From Ramazzottius varieornatus (lineage: Eukaryota > Animalia > Tardigrada), in NCBI GenBank assembly GCA_001949185.1, contig BDGG01000002.1:3593826-3657825 (forward strand): a DNA stretch of 64,000 nucleotides, written 5' to 3'. The notes beneath the pieces are model-generated. The model worked only from the letters and a program-made list of their open reading frames with translations, did no database searches and had not been told where the DNA came from. A program made the translations under genes and the position numbers. Positions 13,173 through 25,118 of the stretch are shown one piece after another (position 1 is the first letter of the stretch; every line of letters begins with the position of its first letter).

Positions 13173-13890
13173 GTTGGCAGATCACAGTTGGGTATATGGA
13201 GTAACAAGCTTATCGGGCAGTGGTGCTTCCTGTTTCCCTCAGGAAGCTCACATGGGCGTATGGATTAATTTAACGTTGCATATCTGGTTAGAATACTGAT
13301 GAACGCTGGGAAAAAGGTTACAAATTACTCCCTTTGCATGCAAGCGAAGAAGAAAGTGCTAAAGTTGGCTGTGGTTTCAGTTTCCTCCTCGAAAGTGCTT
13401 GCAGTAGCAAAAGAAGCTCGATCAAGCACGAGAGACGGAAGACCGCCAGTCTGTCCTCACCGATGGAATTTTGCATAATCGAGTGACTGCATGTATGACG
13501 GCATTTTTTGACTGATCTTTTTTTAGCAGTGCGCCACATTGAGGCAGAACTGAATTACTCGGATCTGTACAGGCGTGAATATGACTGAGTGCGTCGCAGT
13601 AAAAAGTTCTGGCTTGTCGGAAATCGGCATTTACCGAACAATTTGTGAAGGTCGGATTACGTTTCGCGAACGCTATTTTTACTCGCGTGCACGCCGTGGC
13701 TCGAGATCGTGGCTCTTTACGCTGAAATTCCCAAATCTTCTATCCGATATGTCAGGCTTACTCTTCGAGTAATCTGCATCTCTTCGGCGAGGTCCTGCGT
13801 TTGTGAATATGAGAAAATTAGTTTGGAACATGCTTTTTCTTCATCTGAGTCATGACGCACTTTGAGACAAAAGTTAGAACTCGGGAATTA

Positions 13891-14038
13891 CTGTAAATAA
13901 TATTCGCTGCATCCGCGCCGCTCGTCATCGTAAAAGTGAAGAACAGCCCCGGTCCGGTTTCACGGATTGCGCAACTACCTACGGGGGTGCATCGTCACGC
14001 ACGTGTACGTAATGTGCGGATGCAGCGAATATGTACGG
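13891..14038. mobile_element. MITE family C
   Basis: Imperfect TIR (ATATTCGCTGCATCCGC / GCGGATGCAGCGAATAT), TA flanks, second copy at about 1908. Confidence 0.78.
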
Positions 14039-14066
14039 TAAGTAATTCATTTCTAGTCGGAAGTGG

Positions 14067-14415
14067 GCTAGCGAGTATCAGCGTAACATCATACTAGTTA
14101 TCCGCCGGCACCGCTGGCGATCGTGTCGTTCTTCTCGCCGAAGATGGAAGCACGGCTTGCTGCCTGTCCAGTGGCATTCGAGGCTCCTCCGGCTTGGGTC
14201 GCTCCGTTAGCCTGGAAGCCTCGGTCTCCCGATGGATCATTTCCTGCAAGTCCTTTTCCCATCTGGCCGAAATTTGCGTTGCCGTTGTTAGTTTGATTCA
14301 TATTTTGACCGGTGGACGCGGAAGCTACTGCCGCGGTTTGGCTGTGTGGTGTAGCGCCACCTTGCGGGTGTGATGGTGCTAGCGAGTATGAGCGTAGCAT
14401 CATACTAGTTATCCG
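14067..14415. repeat. 38-bp direct repeat pair (14067-14104 and 14378-14415)
   Basis: GCTAGCGAGTATSAGCGTARCATCATACTAGTTATCCG, 2 mismatches. Confidence 0.92.
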
Positions 14416-14539
14416 TAGAGTTATTATGGGCCGCTTCCCGCATTGCGTCGATAATCAAATTAGGATTCACCGATGCTACCGGTGAATGTCCGAGTACAGA
14501 ACAAACCATCAACAAGGTCACAGCCAAGATCAACTGCAT
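14098..14539 (-). pseudogene. Putative small secreted G/A/N/Q-rich protein gene interrupted by a 37-bp copy of its own 3' end
   Basis: ORF 14405-14539 encodes signal-like MQLILAVTLLMVCSVLG; ORF 14098-14403 is low complexity; removing 37 bp of the repeat at 14378-14415 joins them in frame. Confidence 0.5.
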
Positions 14540-15205
14540 GTTAAGCTATAATGAGATTTCTGAAAGCGGAGTTTTGAAAACTGCGAACCGGTGAGCCCAA
14601 AAACTTGGCCTTTATGCTATTGATATAGTGAAGGCTTCCTGAAGCACGGTTTTCAGCAACGCTGGTCGTAATGCGTTACGACATCGTGTTTGTGAACATA
14701 TAAATGTAAGATGTAGTTCAGTTTTGGTCGTTAAAAAAAACAACTCTGACCATGGAGTGGCTGATGTTTCGTTGTACTAACAACTTGTCGGCCTATTATC
14801 GAGCATGGTTTTATGAGGTTGGTTTGCCCCTATCGGGAACTAACAACTGTCACAGTTGCTGAGCCGGATTATCGCGCAGCCTTACGCCGCTTTGGAACCA
14901 TAAAACTAAACAAGATTTGATAGGGCCACAATTCAGGTAAAATTTGAGAAAATATACGATATTGCCGTTCAGCTGCATTCCGTCGCTGTAAACTCGATCG
15001 GCGGCAGCTGGTCCACGCTGGACAAAATTAGCGAAAAATTAGGATTTCACTACATGGGCTCAAAAACGCGCCAATTACGTAATTTCACACCATGTGACAG
15101 CTTGCCGTGCGGTAGAGCGGTATCCCTTGGTTTTTTCTCTACACTTATTTGAGTATCCAGAAGTGAATTCAAAGTTCAGTGCGCACTTACTAATAAGCTG
15201 AGCTG

Positions 15206-15916
15206 TCAGTGACGTACCGAAGAAGTGAGGATTATCACTGTACGATATGAAGGTTCGTATATAAAGGTGGTGGTGTACCCACGATCCGAAATCCGAAACC
15301 TGAATATCTCACGAGGTTTCCAATTCAGTGAATTTCCGCGATCCGGTACGACCGTGACATTTTTATCGTCGACACAACGAGTACCCGTAGACTCGCAGTG
15401 GTAGCTCGCACGTAGCTCCGGCACTACATAGTACACTGCTTGTGCAGTATGATCGTTGAGAATTATCAATCTGTCGCACTCTCGGCCGTAGATTTCTTTA
15501 TCAGAGCGAAATATTAAAAGTTGCAAATCGGTTGTAAAGTTCTGTTGCCCGATCATGTCGATCCGCGCAATGGTCGCTCGCTGGTACCGATGGATAGTCG
15601 AACTGTAGTTTCGCTTTTGAAAGTCAGATCGATCGTCACGAATAACACCGCCAAAAACTCTCTGCTCCTGGTCGAACCCGTTGTCTTTGCAGAGATTCTG
15701 AATGTCCTCGATTGCTCTGTCCGTACCCGCTCGGACCTTCGAAGCTCCTTTCTTCGTCACGGGGCTATGCGCTGCCTTTTCAGGTTTGACCCAGACCCAA
15801 CTTGTAGCGTGCACAAATTCCGGTTCATTAGTTCGCTTCCAGAGCGGAACCGGATCGGCCCGGAAGGTTAGGAAGAACCACCCTGGACAAGGACGAAAAT
15901 GGCCTCCGAAATTCAC
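15206..15916 (-). CDS. Hypothetical orphan protein (uninterrupted ORF of about 236 codons, no in-frame ATG at the 5' end)
   Basis: Long ORF with globular-like composition, not a shadow of a recognised gene; no family recognised. Confidence 0.45.
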   Translation of the reverse strand: MNFGGHFRPCPGWFFLTFRADPVPLWKRTNEPEFVHATSWVWVKPEKAAHSPVTKKGASKVRAGTDRAIEDIQNLCKDNGFDQEQRVFGGVIRDDRSDFQKRNYSSTIHRYQRATIARIDMIGQQNFTTDLQLLIFRSDKEIYGRECDRLIILNDHTAQAVYYVVPELRASYHCESTGTRCVDDKNVTVVPDRGNSLNWKPREIFRFRISDRGYTTTFIYEPSYRTVIILTSSVRH

Positions 15917-16696
15917 TAACCATATCAGCCAACTATGGTACGACGGGCACGCAACTGCTTTATAGCTTTAATTTCATGATGCGGTGCGGGAACTCGTCCC
16001 AGCCACATTTACTCTGGCCAGTACACTAATGACTCGTTACGCCTTGGTTGTCTCACATGGGCAGCGCCACCTGCACTTCTGTTAAACTGTTCAAAATCTA
16101 AACTCTTTTAATCATATAGGCTATATATATACAGCCCAAAACTTGATCAGGTAGGGCTTCTTTGGCGGTCAGGTTAACTAATACGGTGAACTTAAAGATG
16201 TGAATTGTTTCGAAAGTTCAAGATCCCAGTCATGGTCCTACACGTAGCGATAGGGGATCTGGCGGGATAATACCGGTACTCGTAGCTCACAGTGCGAGAG
16301 CTCGTGATCACGCACTGTCGCAGAAGCTTTGATATCGGCATCCCCAAACAGCTCGCACCGTACAGGCTGTTGTGCTAGAGAGGGTGAAGACAGGGATCAC
16401 TGACGAGGATAATATTCCCGGTTGCTTTCGGTTACGCAGTGATGGGACCTTTTTCCTTCCTCACATTGCTGTCACATGCAGCAGTTGCTCTGTTTGTTAA
16501 CCAAGCCATCTATGTGGTTGGCACTAACTTCGCCTAGCAGTATACCCCGTATGCCTGTGAACCGTTATTCGCGATCGAGCTGCAGTTTTGCTTGGCGCGA
16601 CATTTCATGCGGGTGTTGGAATGGGAAGCCAAGCTTTTTGGACAGTGTGAACCTGGGAGGATAGGTGAACGAGTGTTGTGAGTGGCAATTGGAATA

Positions 16697-19600
16697 ATGG
16701 ATATTTTCGAGGAGGAAAGAGTACCGATCAGGAACTGGAAGGAGGATGGACGGGAGCCGGATGCTGTAAAGCCTTATTACGAGAACTCAATGAAGAGGGA
16801 GGATACCGTCAAGCCCCGGCCGAAAATTGGTCTCATTAGCGGGATTTCAATCATTGCGGGATCTGTTATTGGTTCTGGAATATTTATCTGTCCAGCCGGT
16901 ATGTTATTTTGACGAAACTTCTCCATTATTCTCCATGAGGAAACTTTCTAACTTACAGTATATAGTACTGCGCGCGATCTTGAATCTAAATGTCAAGTAG
17001 TGCTCTTCAGCCAGTACTTCGCCTGGTTTGATTATATTACGTATTCTGTAAATTTTACAGGAGTTCTTCGGAACACCGGAAGTGTTGGAGTGTCCCTCGT
17101 AATTTGGGTTTTATCCGGACTCTTTTCTTTTCTTGGTGCTTATTGCTATGCGGAACTGGGCACAACTATTGTTCGCAGGTATCTATCCGAATTCCCGCTT
17201 TACAGTCATGTGCGCACTCATCTGAAAACACACCCGTCAAGTTTAAATGTTTACAGTGGCGGAGATTACGCTTACATTTACGAAGGTGGGCTTTGCCAAA
17301 AAAATCGATAACCCTGTGAATGGGAGCCCAATCTCTTGTGATAATAATAACAGTATTGTGTGTGCAGCGTTTGGACCACTTTTTGCCTTCTTTCGCCTCT
17401 GGGTGGAGTGCCTGATTGTTCGACCTGGTAAATGAACGTTCGGGAACTTTGACACACTTCGTCTTCAAATCCAATAATTGCAAACCATGCCTCGATCTGT
17501 TGTTTCCTTTTTCTTAGTATGCCAAGCAATCGTTGCACTGACGTTTGCCGAGTACATCCTTATGCCGTTCTATCCTGGCTGTTCCCGTGTTCCACATGCA
17601 CCGACCATCATCCTCGCCGTTGTCTGCGTCTGTAAGTCTCTACCTCCAAACGTCGAGCTTGCCCTAGAAATATTAAAGGGAGACGATAAGACGAGGACTG
17701 ACATCATTAGCAACCAAGGCGGGAAACAGTGTCGTCAGCCGCAAGTGGTCCCCGATGACGCGTAAAACAATCGCCGGATATCCGATTGTGCAGTTTCATC
17801 ACTTTGAAGTACTGCACGTAGTAAGAGGAGAAGCGTTTAGATTCACTGCGGTAGTTGGTTGAGCATTATGGATTTCTTCTCTGGATATCAAAATTCCTGT
17901 TCGATGCTTCGAGAACCCTTGGGGTTCGCTGGTCATGCCGGAATTGCGCGTCGGTCTCTAGCTTCCCGACCTTCAGCCAATGAAGAAGAGCTTTTGTTGG
18001 TTAAGCTCCTCATGATACGCAAAGAGTGCTCGTAATATTTTGCGAAGCGTCAAATGAAAAATCGATAGGGCATGTTATAACAAAGAACAAGAGGGGTTTG
18101 TTGAATACACTCGGAGTGCTGGAGTACTACCGTTGTTAGCTTCATCTGAATCAGTACCGAAAAAAGCTTCATTTGCATTTCATTACAGCAGCTGTCCAAT
18201 CTGTCAAAGGACTCAAGACTCTCAGGAATTCAGGCAATCACATAATCCACGTCTTTGAGCATACGTCCTCATCTTTTGCGACAGCTCGACAAGCGAGGCT
18301 TTCTTTGCTCATTTTTTTTTCAAGCCTTGGATGTTCTCGAGGCTGTGAAATTTCTCTATTCTCCAGCCACAAACGAAGAAAGCGCGGCCACAAAAAATAT
18401 TAATCCGGGCGTGGGAAGGGGATTTAAACCAGATCGTTTACCTGAGTGGCGCGCCCATTTAGCCACCAGCAATTGAAACGTGCGCCACATCGTTCACTTC
18501 TTTTGCTCTTTTCCTAAATATGAAAAACAGTAGATCGTTATACTTTTTTGTTTACCTTAGAAATTATAAGTCCTTGTTATTTCATGTCAAGTTGTTGGGT
18601 GTCGATGGGAAAGCTTCCATCAGTCAATCATCGAACGGTTCGTCGTGAGGAGCTTGAAAGTCCAACTTCCCGTCCTACTGCAGATGCGTAAATGTTGATA
18701 CGGTCGAGTTAACAGTTGAGATGACAATTAAAACAGGAGCAGGAACGATTAGTCTAAGTTTGTCAGTGGCCGACAAGCAATTCGGACATTTATTCACTTC
18801 CTCGTTATCATTCTAATTTATCTTTTACAGTCTTGCTGACATTTATCAATTGCTGGGACGCCAAGTGGGCAATCAGAACCCAAAACTTCTTCACAGCTGC
18901 CAAGCTTATTGGATTGGCTATCATTATCATTACCGGCTTCGTTCAACTTGGAAGAGGTATCAGCGGAAAACATTACTCGATTGTCAGATCAAAAGCTGTT
19001 TTCCTCGATTTATTTTCTTACAGGACGTACGAGAAATTTTGACAGCGCCTTCGACGGAACCACAAAGGACCTTGGCAATATCTCGATTGCTTTTTACTTG
19101 GCACTCTTTGCCTACAACGGATGGAACAGCCTGAATTTTGTAGCGGAAGAGCTCCATGATCCGGAAAGGTACCCTCTCACCCTGACTTCATCATGGCTGA
19201 TGTTTGTTCCGCGTTGGCTCTTCGAGCTCTTCGAAACCGTACAACTGAAATTCTATGATTTTGCACAGGAACATACCAAAAGCCATCATAGTTTCATCCA
19301 TTGTGGTCGTAGTCATATACTTCCTGGTGAATGTTGCCTTCTTCGCTGTTATTCCGTCGGTCATTCTGGTGGAGACTCCTGCTGTGGGGGTGTTGTTTGG
19401 GACATCCGTATACGGTTCCATGGCGTGGATCATGCCGCTTGCTGTGGCATTATCGACGTTTGGGGCGTATAACGGCATACTCTTCACCACCTCCCGCCTT
19501 TATCTGGTACTTCTATAGAGCTTTGAACCCAGTTACGGGAAATAATTTGGATTTCTTTTTGAACGCAGGCTGGAGCTCGACAAAGCCAGATGCCAGAAGT

Positions 19601-20720
19601 CTTCGGCATGGTACAAATTGGTAATTTTATTGTGCATCAGTTTTAACGTGCAGAAAACGGTACTCACTTTTTCTTTGTTTTTCATCAGATCGAGTAACGC
19701 CAGTGCCGGCTGCGCTCCTTACCAGCTTGGTCTCGCTTTTATATTTGGCCTTGGGAAGGAACGTTTATTCTTTGATCAACCTTGTCTCGATAGTGAACTG
19801 GTTGTCAATTGGAACATCAGTTTTCGTACTGGTAAGAGTACACTACCCCCGATATCTTCGCGAAGCCTGTAACCCATGGCGCCACCTACAGGACGGACGT
19901 CTTCCACACAGTCCCTTTGCACGCCGTACGTCTCGTAGATTCCGCAGGTGGCGCCGTTGGTGCCAGGCTTCACGAAGACATGGGGAGATGTCGTACTTCA
20001 GAAACGGCATAGAGTCACAGCATAACTGCTGTCGGCAAATAAGTCCAATATGATCGTCTATCCGAGTGGCAAACGGTTAAAGTTTATGGCAATGGAAACA
20101 TGCGCCACTGGTCCAACGACAGTATTCATTTCATTTGCCGGCGTCGCATATTGTATCGCCACCCAATTGGGCAAGCAAGAAATCGCTGGACAGCTCTTTT
20201 CCTAATAGATATTCCTGCGATGGAAAAGACCGAACCTTCGGCGACCATTCAAAGTAAGTTACCATCTAGATACCTGCGATCACCTTCCCCAAACGCGGAA
20301 ACCTTCCTGTGGTTTCTGCTCCCCACAGATTTCACTTCTCTGGCCAGTGCTGTACCTGCTCAGCACAGTTTTCCTGAGCATATTACCGCTGTACAGGAAG
20401 CCGCTAGAAACAGGTGCGACCCGAAAGCCTTTTGTTCGAAGAACCCAGAGAACCTACGAAACAACTTCTGATTTCAGGTGTTGGAATACTGCTCATCCTG
20501 ACAGCTTTACCAGTTTACTTCTTAATGAGCTTATACAGGAAAGAGAAACCGCCGGCTCTTGAGAATCTAACCGGTACGAGAAACACAGTTAGTAAAATAA
20601 AACAAAATAACAAATAATCGTACCGACCACGGTTGCAGTTTTCATGCTATCATATGCTAATGTGGGTTAGTTTCAGATCATTTGACACGCTTTGCTCAAA
20701 AGACACTATTAGTTTGCTGA
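16697..20720 (+). CDS. L-type / y+L amino acid transporter (SLC7 light chain), multi-exon
   Basis: [68 protein letters not shown] and other SLC7 motifs across GT-AG exons; ends [10 protein letters not shown]. Confidence 0.93.
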
Positions 20721-20746
20721 CCAAAGGAGGAAGAAACAGAAGACCC

Positions 20747-23700
20747 TCACTGTTTGCTCGGCTTCTTCTTCTTGGACGGATTGGCCTGTTGCGAGCTGGC
20801 CTGGTCGCTGCCTGGAGAATCGGAAGTACCGTTACGGACGACTTCCTCCTGAACGACGATCAATTCCTTGTTCTGCAAAAACAAAGAGTCCACGTTGCAG
20901 CATTTTGTACACGTGTACAGTGAAAAGTTCCACTTTGACAGAACCTCTTCAATTCTAAAGTGTAAAATATTATTCCTTCTCGACAAAGCCAAAAGCTTGT
21001 CTAATTATTACAGAATTCTCCCTCGCTGTCCATGAATAGCCCCTCAAAACCTTGAACCTTGAGCTCCTCTTTGACTGCGAAGACTTGAGTTTTCCGAATC
21101 CAACCGGAAGTCTTCGTTTCTTTCGGGTTAGATGTTTTAATGTGAAATGAAATTTCTAGCGAAAACCAAAACTGGGATAAAATTAAGAGTCGAGATTCTT
21201 CGAAAAATATTAGTATACTGAAGAAGTATGGTGAAATCACACGGGGAGTAATGGTGAAGATGAGAGAAAAGCATGCCTGACTGAAGTGGGAGATTCGCTC
21301 ATCGAAGAAGAGCTGCCACAAATGTGCTGTAGACGAAAGTTACACAAAATCAAAGGGAAAACCAGTAGGCCGTTTTGGAGAAACAGTTCTTCTTTTCCCT
21401 TACTTCTGCACTTGCTGCTGGATAGTTCGCACTTCGGTAACAGTCTTCCCACGCACCTGTTCAAGCTCTTGGCGCAGTTCCCCCATCTCGTGCTCCATGT
21501 TGCCGCGCATCAGCTCCAGCTCCTGACGAGTGCGATTCAGCTGCTGGTGAGTGTCGTTCAGCTCCCGGCGCAACTGGTCGCGCTCCTGGTAGACAGCCTG
21601 GGCCTTGTGCTGCACCTCCTCACGCTGAGACTGTGCCACACGTATATCCTCTACCACGCGGCGAGTCTCGTTCTCCGAACGACCAGTGCGCTCCTTCATC
21701 TGCTGCATCTCACTTTCCCACATGGCCTTCTGTTGCTGCATCTGCTCCAGAGTCTTGTGCATCTCTTGGATCTGCTGGTCTTTCTCCTGCAGATACAAAG
21801 AAACCACATTCGACTTCAACACTTCAAAAAATAGTGCAGTTTGGTAATCGAAACGTACATGATGGATATTAAAGTGGCGCAAGCTTTCAGTGTCATTGGC
21901 TGGAAGAGCGCGCTACTCATGGTAACGATCTTGTACATTCTGTTTGCCCAGCTCCCATTTCACAAGATAGAATTAAAGGAAAGATGGAAAAAGACTGAAA
22001 TAAACGAGAGCACCCTCCTCTAGATATTTTCTGAGAAACAAAAACAGTGACAGCTGAGGAAAGGGCAAGAGCCTCTGTAACAGCGAAGATACAGCAACAG
22101 TAGAAAGGGTCATGACGTATCGGTGCTGTACTGTATAGCCACTGCACGTGCACCGAGTGGGCAATGGCACGCTCTTGGACGTCACATGGTCACTACGCAG
22201 CCGCTGGGGGAATGCCACGTGTTGCATCGGACGTTCAAGAGAACTTCCTCTTTCAGAAGTGCTATCCGAGACAAATCCCAACAAATTCGACATGCAAGCG
22301 AAACAAAGCTCAAGGATAGAGTATGCCGAAAGGTAGGTGCGCGACCGAAGTCGAGCACGACTTCCCTACCCTGAATTTCGTACTTCCGGGTTTGTCTCCC
22401 CAAATTTGAACACTTCCTGGTACGAAAGCTAAGCTGAAGCTAACCCTAACCTGAAGTCTCCAGCTCAAGGTTCGTTCTCATTTGGAAGCAGACCATGAAA
22501 GTAAAATTCAAAAGGAAGGAACGTAGAAATTTGGAAGAAGGAAGTGCGCTTTACCTTAACAGCTTTGTCCATGGCGTTGCGTTGCTCCATCACCTCCATC
22601 ATCTTCATAGCTTCGCGCTGAGCGTTAATCTGCAGACTTTCTACATCTCGACGGACCACCAGTAGTTCATCAGCTGTCGCCTAAAGACACATTCAACGTA
22701 AGGAGCAGGTTAGAAAAGGTAGTACAGGGAGAAGCCAAGTTGGAAACCTGCCTTGATGACTTCTTCTCGTCTGGCAGCATCGTTGCGCATCTTATTCAAC
22801 TCCGACGAAGCCTGGTTCCAACCTTCAGTAGCGTCTTTCATCTTTTTCTGCACCAGCTCCATCTCCTTCAGGGCACGTTGGTTCCTGTAAAAGAAACAGC
22901 GGATCAACCAGGAAGGGAAGTGAGAACGAGCAAAATCAAGTCAATCAAGCTCTTTCAATCAGTCGATTGCACGAATCCAGATTGGTTTCAAGTTGGTAAG
23001 GGGGCTCTCGATCAACTCATATTGGCTTACGCTCGGTTTTCTTCCTGGGCGTTGAAGAGGTTAGCTTCCGTCTTCTTCAGGGTAGACTCGGTCTCGTTGA
23101 TGCGGTTTCTCAAAGTGGCGTTCTCGTTCTTTGAGGTGGCCAGTTGAGAGTGGAGGCTGCGGCAGGTTTGGTCCAGGTCGTTGAGGTGATCTTTCATCTG
23201 TTTGTTCTCTTTCTCCAGTTGCTGGACTTTCCTGGAAGGAAACGAACCGAAAAACTTGGGAAAAAAGTCAGAAAAATTCTGAGCGACCAGAATACTGCCC
23301 TCACCTGGCCAGGTCAGCATTCAAGAAGTCCTTTTGAGCAGTCAAGCGCGTGTTGACGTCGTTGACATCTCGGATGTAGTTGCGCATCCTCTCCATCTCC
23401 TTCTGCACTTCCTCATTACTTGCCACGATCACCACGTTGCTTTCGATGCCGAGCCAGTTGGCGATGGTCTTGTCCAAGCCCAGTTGAACAAGGATGGTCT
23501 TGGTAATGGCCAACGGGAGGTAGAACATCATGGCAAAGAGGCCATCCAGGAAGAGACCACGAACCATCTTGACCGGCATCATGGAGGAAACGAAGTTGGC
23601 CATGGGGATCACCTTGGTCTGAACAATGGTGATGGCCAGTTCGATGGTCAGCAGGATCAAACCGGAGACGGACAAAGACTGCTTGGCCTTTCCCTGGGTG

Positions 23701-23807
23701 AAGCGGAACTCTTCTGTGACGATCCCGGAAGCCGACTCGTTGTCCACGGTTGACTTCCTGTTGATAACGACGCCTTCCTGTCGACGGCTCACCACGTTCC
23801 CGTTCAT
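20747..23807 (-). CDS. Uncharacterised protein: N-terminal hydrophobic region plus long coiled coil, about 6 exons
   Basis: Exons near 23305-23807, 23030-23232, 22752-22885, 22554-22681, 21402-21788 and 20747-20874 with GT-AG borders; E/Q/R/K heptad-rich; ends SKKKKPSKQ*. Confidence 0.75.
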
Positions 23808-24460
23808 CCTCCTTCTGCGATGAACTCGCGCTTTCGGTTTTACCGGAAAGACCTGTGAAAAATACAGAAGAACTAGGAGCAACAGATCGGCAACGCAATT
23901 TTCAAATTCCGGGAAGAACTGAAAATGAGGCGGAATTTTGCGGCTTTCACGAGAAAAGCACGAGGAAGCTGAGCACTGACTGAAGCAATCGCCCAAAGGA
24001 AGCTCGCGATCGCAGTTCAAATTTCAAAAGGCAAGGCACATTGTGGGAGCTGGCCCAGCTGGGCAAACAACAATTACAAGATGGTTATCTTGAGTGGCGC
24101 ACACTTCCAGCCAGTCGCAACGAAAGCGTGCGCCGCTTTCGGCCACAGGTCATCATCATCAGAAGGACCTCCTTGTGGGGAAAAGCCTATGAGGATTGTT
24201 GGTGAACTGTGAACTGGAATCACTGGAACTAGACGGCGCAAGAGTGGAAGACTGGAATTTTCAGTACGGTGCGGTCAATGACGTCATCCAGCGGTGGACG
24301 GATGATTTACGCAACGAATTACCGAAAGCACAGAGCGGTTCATCGAAATCGAGTACTGTACAGCCTAACCCAGACCTCGGAATCAGTCAATCAATACATT
24401 GTTGGTCTGAAAAATCAGTTTAAATGGATTCGAGCACTACTGTAATGCTTCATGAACGTG

Positions 24461-24535
24461 NNNNNNNNNNNNNNNNNNNNNNNNNNNNNNNNNNNNNNNN
24501 NNNNNNNNNNNNNNNNNNNNNNNNNNNNNNNNNNN
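24461..24535. other. Assembly gap (75 N)
   Basis: Run of N; the same MITE start lies on both sides. Confidence 0.99.
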
Positions 24536-24537
24536 TA

Positions 24538-24680
24538 CTGTAATGCTTCATGAACGTGGCGAAGTAAGTCATCATACGCGTACAGTTAAACCCCGGTGTC
24601 GAAATTTTGCCCTGACGATCCCCCAAGGGATGTTCCAAGCGTATGATGACTCACTTCGCCAAGTTCATGAAGCATTACAG
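24538..24680. mobile_element. MITE family A copy
   Basis: About 40-bp TIRs CTGTAATGCTTCATGAACGTGGCGAAGTAAGTCATCATACGC, TA flanks; left end repeated at 24440 before the N gap. Confidence 0.88.
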
Positions 24681-25118
24681 TAGCTCTCCTGTTTGGGAAA
24701 GGTGGAATCCACGCACCTGTGACGGATTGCCTGTAACAACTTGCACCCCCTGGCCGGTCGTAGGCGACAGTAGCGTAATTCGTCGAACATAGATCGCTGT
24801 TCGAGTTTTTGGAAATGGGAAAGCAAGTTCAGCAAGATTCCCTTCCTTGCATTCTTTTCCTTCATTAGGAGTAGTACGACACGGAGTCAAGACTACCCTA
24901 GGTTCGTCCGCTCACTCAACTGCCCGAGGATAACACTGTCAAGAGATAGAGGATTGTGTTCAACCATCGTGGAGCAGCTGGGCTTGAGAAACACTCTCGG
25001 CAGATCCTTTTAGAGACTGCTGGTAAGAAAAGTCTGCTTCAAGTTGCGTCAGTGCCAGACACGAATATTTTCTTGCAGAGGTTCTAGTCCTCATCCCCAT
25101 GGTACGCTCGATGGAAGA

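Noticed and set aside
12448-13299. 283-aa very hydrophobic + strand ORF resembling a multi-pass membrane protein
   Set aside because: Antisense shadow of the GAT/GAC/AAG-rich acidic sarcalumenin exon
21286-23753. Leu/His-rich + strand ORFs (21286-21834, 22740-23147, 23334-23753)
   Set aside because: Antisense shadows of coiled-coil exons
20747-23807. Assignment to CAHS/MAHS/LEA or a lamin-derived intermediate filament
   Set aside because: No motif of those families recognised; generic coiled coil only
24438-24560. Apparent tandem pair of MITE A left ends
   Set aside because: Identical sequence flanks an N gap; most likely an unmerged contig overlap
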